DNA of 63,330 nucleotides, counting the filler, from Hyphochytrium catenoides (lineage: Eukaryota; Protista; Hyphochytriomycota): NCBI GenBank assembly GCA_900088475.1. It is 18 parts of 18 records of this genome, joined end to end, with 100 filler letters (N's around TTAATTAATTAA, not from the genome) between each part and the next. Parts side by side here need not be neighbours in the genome. Positions count along the whole stretch, not along the records: positions 62,094 to 63,330 come from FLMG01003342.1; 17 more parts are not named here. One strand, written 5' to 3'. This document shows positions 63,283 to 63,330 of the stretch, piece by piece (the stretch's first letter is position 1; each line of letters begins with the position of its first letter). The notes beneath the pieces are model-generated. The model was given only the letters and a program-made list of their open reading frames with translations, was not told where the DNA came from and did not search any database. A program made the position numbers and the translations under genes.

Positions 63283-63330
63283 GGTATACCAGAAGGGCCA
63301 TTATTCGTGTCATGTGATGCTCTTGAACCT

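Noticed and set aside
1-63330. Alternative genetic code or stop-codon readthrough
   Set aside because: Intact genes end at TAG (CBS, VWA8), TAA (FRD) and TGA (ABC, kinesin), and in-frame stops occur only in decayed transposons.

Overview
Eukaryotic (probably protist/algal) draft genomic DNA with the standard genetic code and spliceosomal introns. The window is not one locus. It is about 18 short contigs/scaffolds joined by an artificial 100-nt spacer (N44-TTAATTAATTAA-N44, stops in all six frames), so adjacency across spacers means nothing. The DNA is very rich in (GA)n/(CT)n microsatellites, which create most of the spurious ERERE/SLSLS ORFs. Recognisable genes, mostly partial: cystathionine beta-synthase C-terminus, membrane-anchored FAD fumarate reductase, F-box/START-like protein, acireductone dioxygenase, secreted Pro/Ser/Thr-rich protein, multi-PAS sensor, FZL/bacterial-dynamin-like GTPase, VWA8, stand-alone ABC ATPase, kinesin-10 (KIF22-like), NEK kinase, cAMP-receptor-like/GPCR-PIPK-type 7TM receptor, carnitine acyltransferase, and a Zn-finger/Ulp1-like transposon-type gene. 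Decayed Ty1/copia and Ty3/gypsy elements with solo-LTR-like inserts are also present. Two observations stand out. (1) An intronless, microsatellite-free contig encodes a giant-virus/phage-fibre-like repeat protein whose unit lengths step by six residues. (2) Many introns carry a 5' (GA)n arm and a complementary 3' (CT)n arm that could fold the intron into a splice-site-bridging hairpin. All family assignments come from motif recognition by eye; no database search was run.
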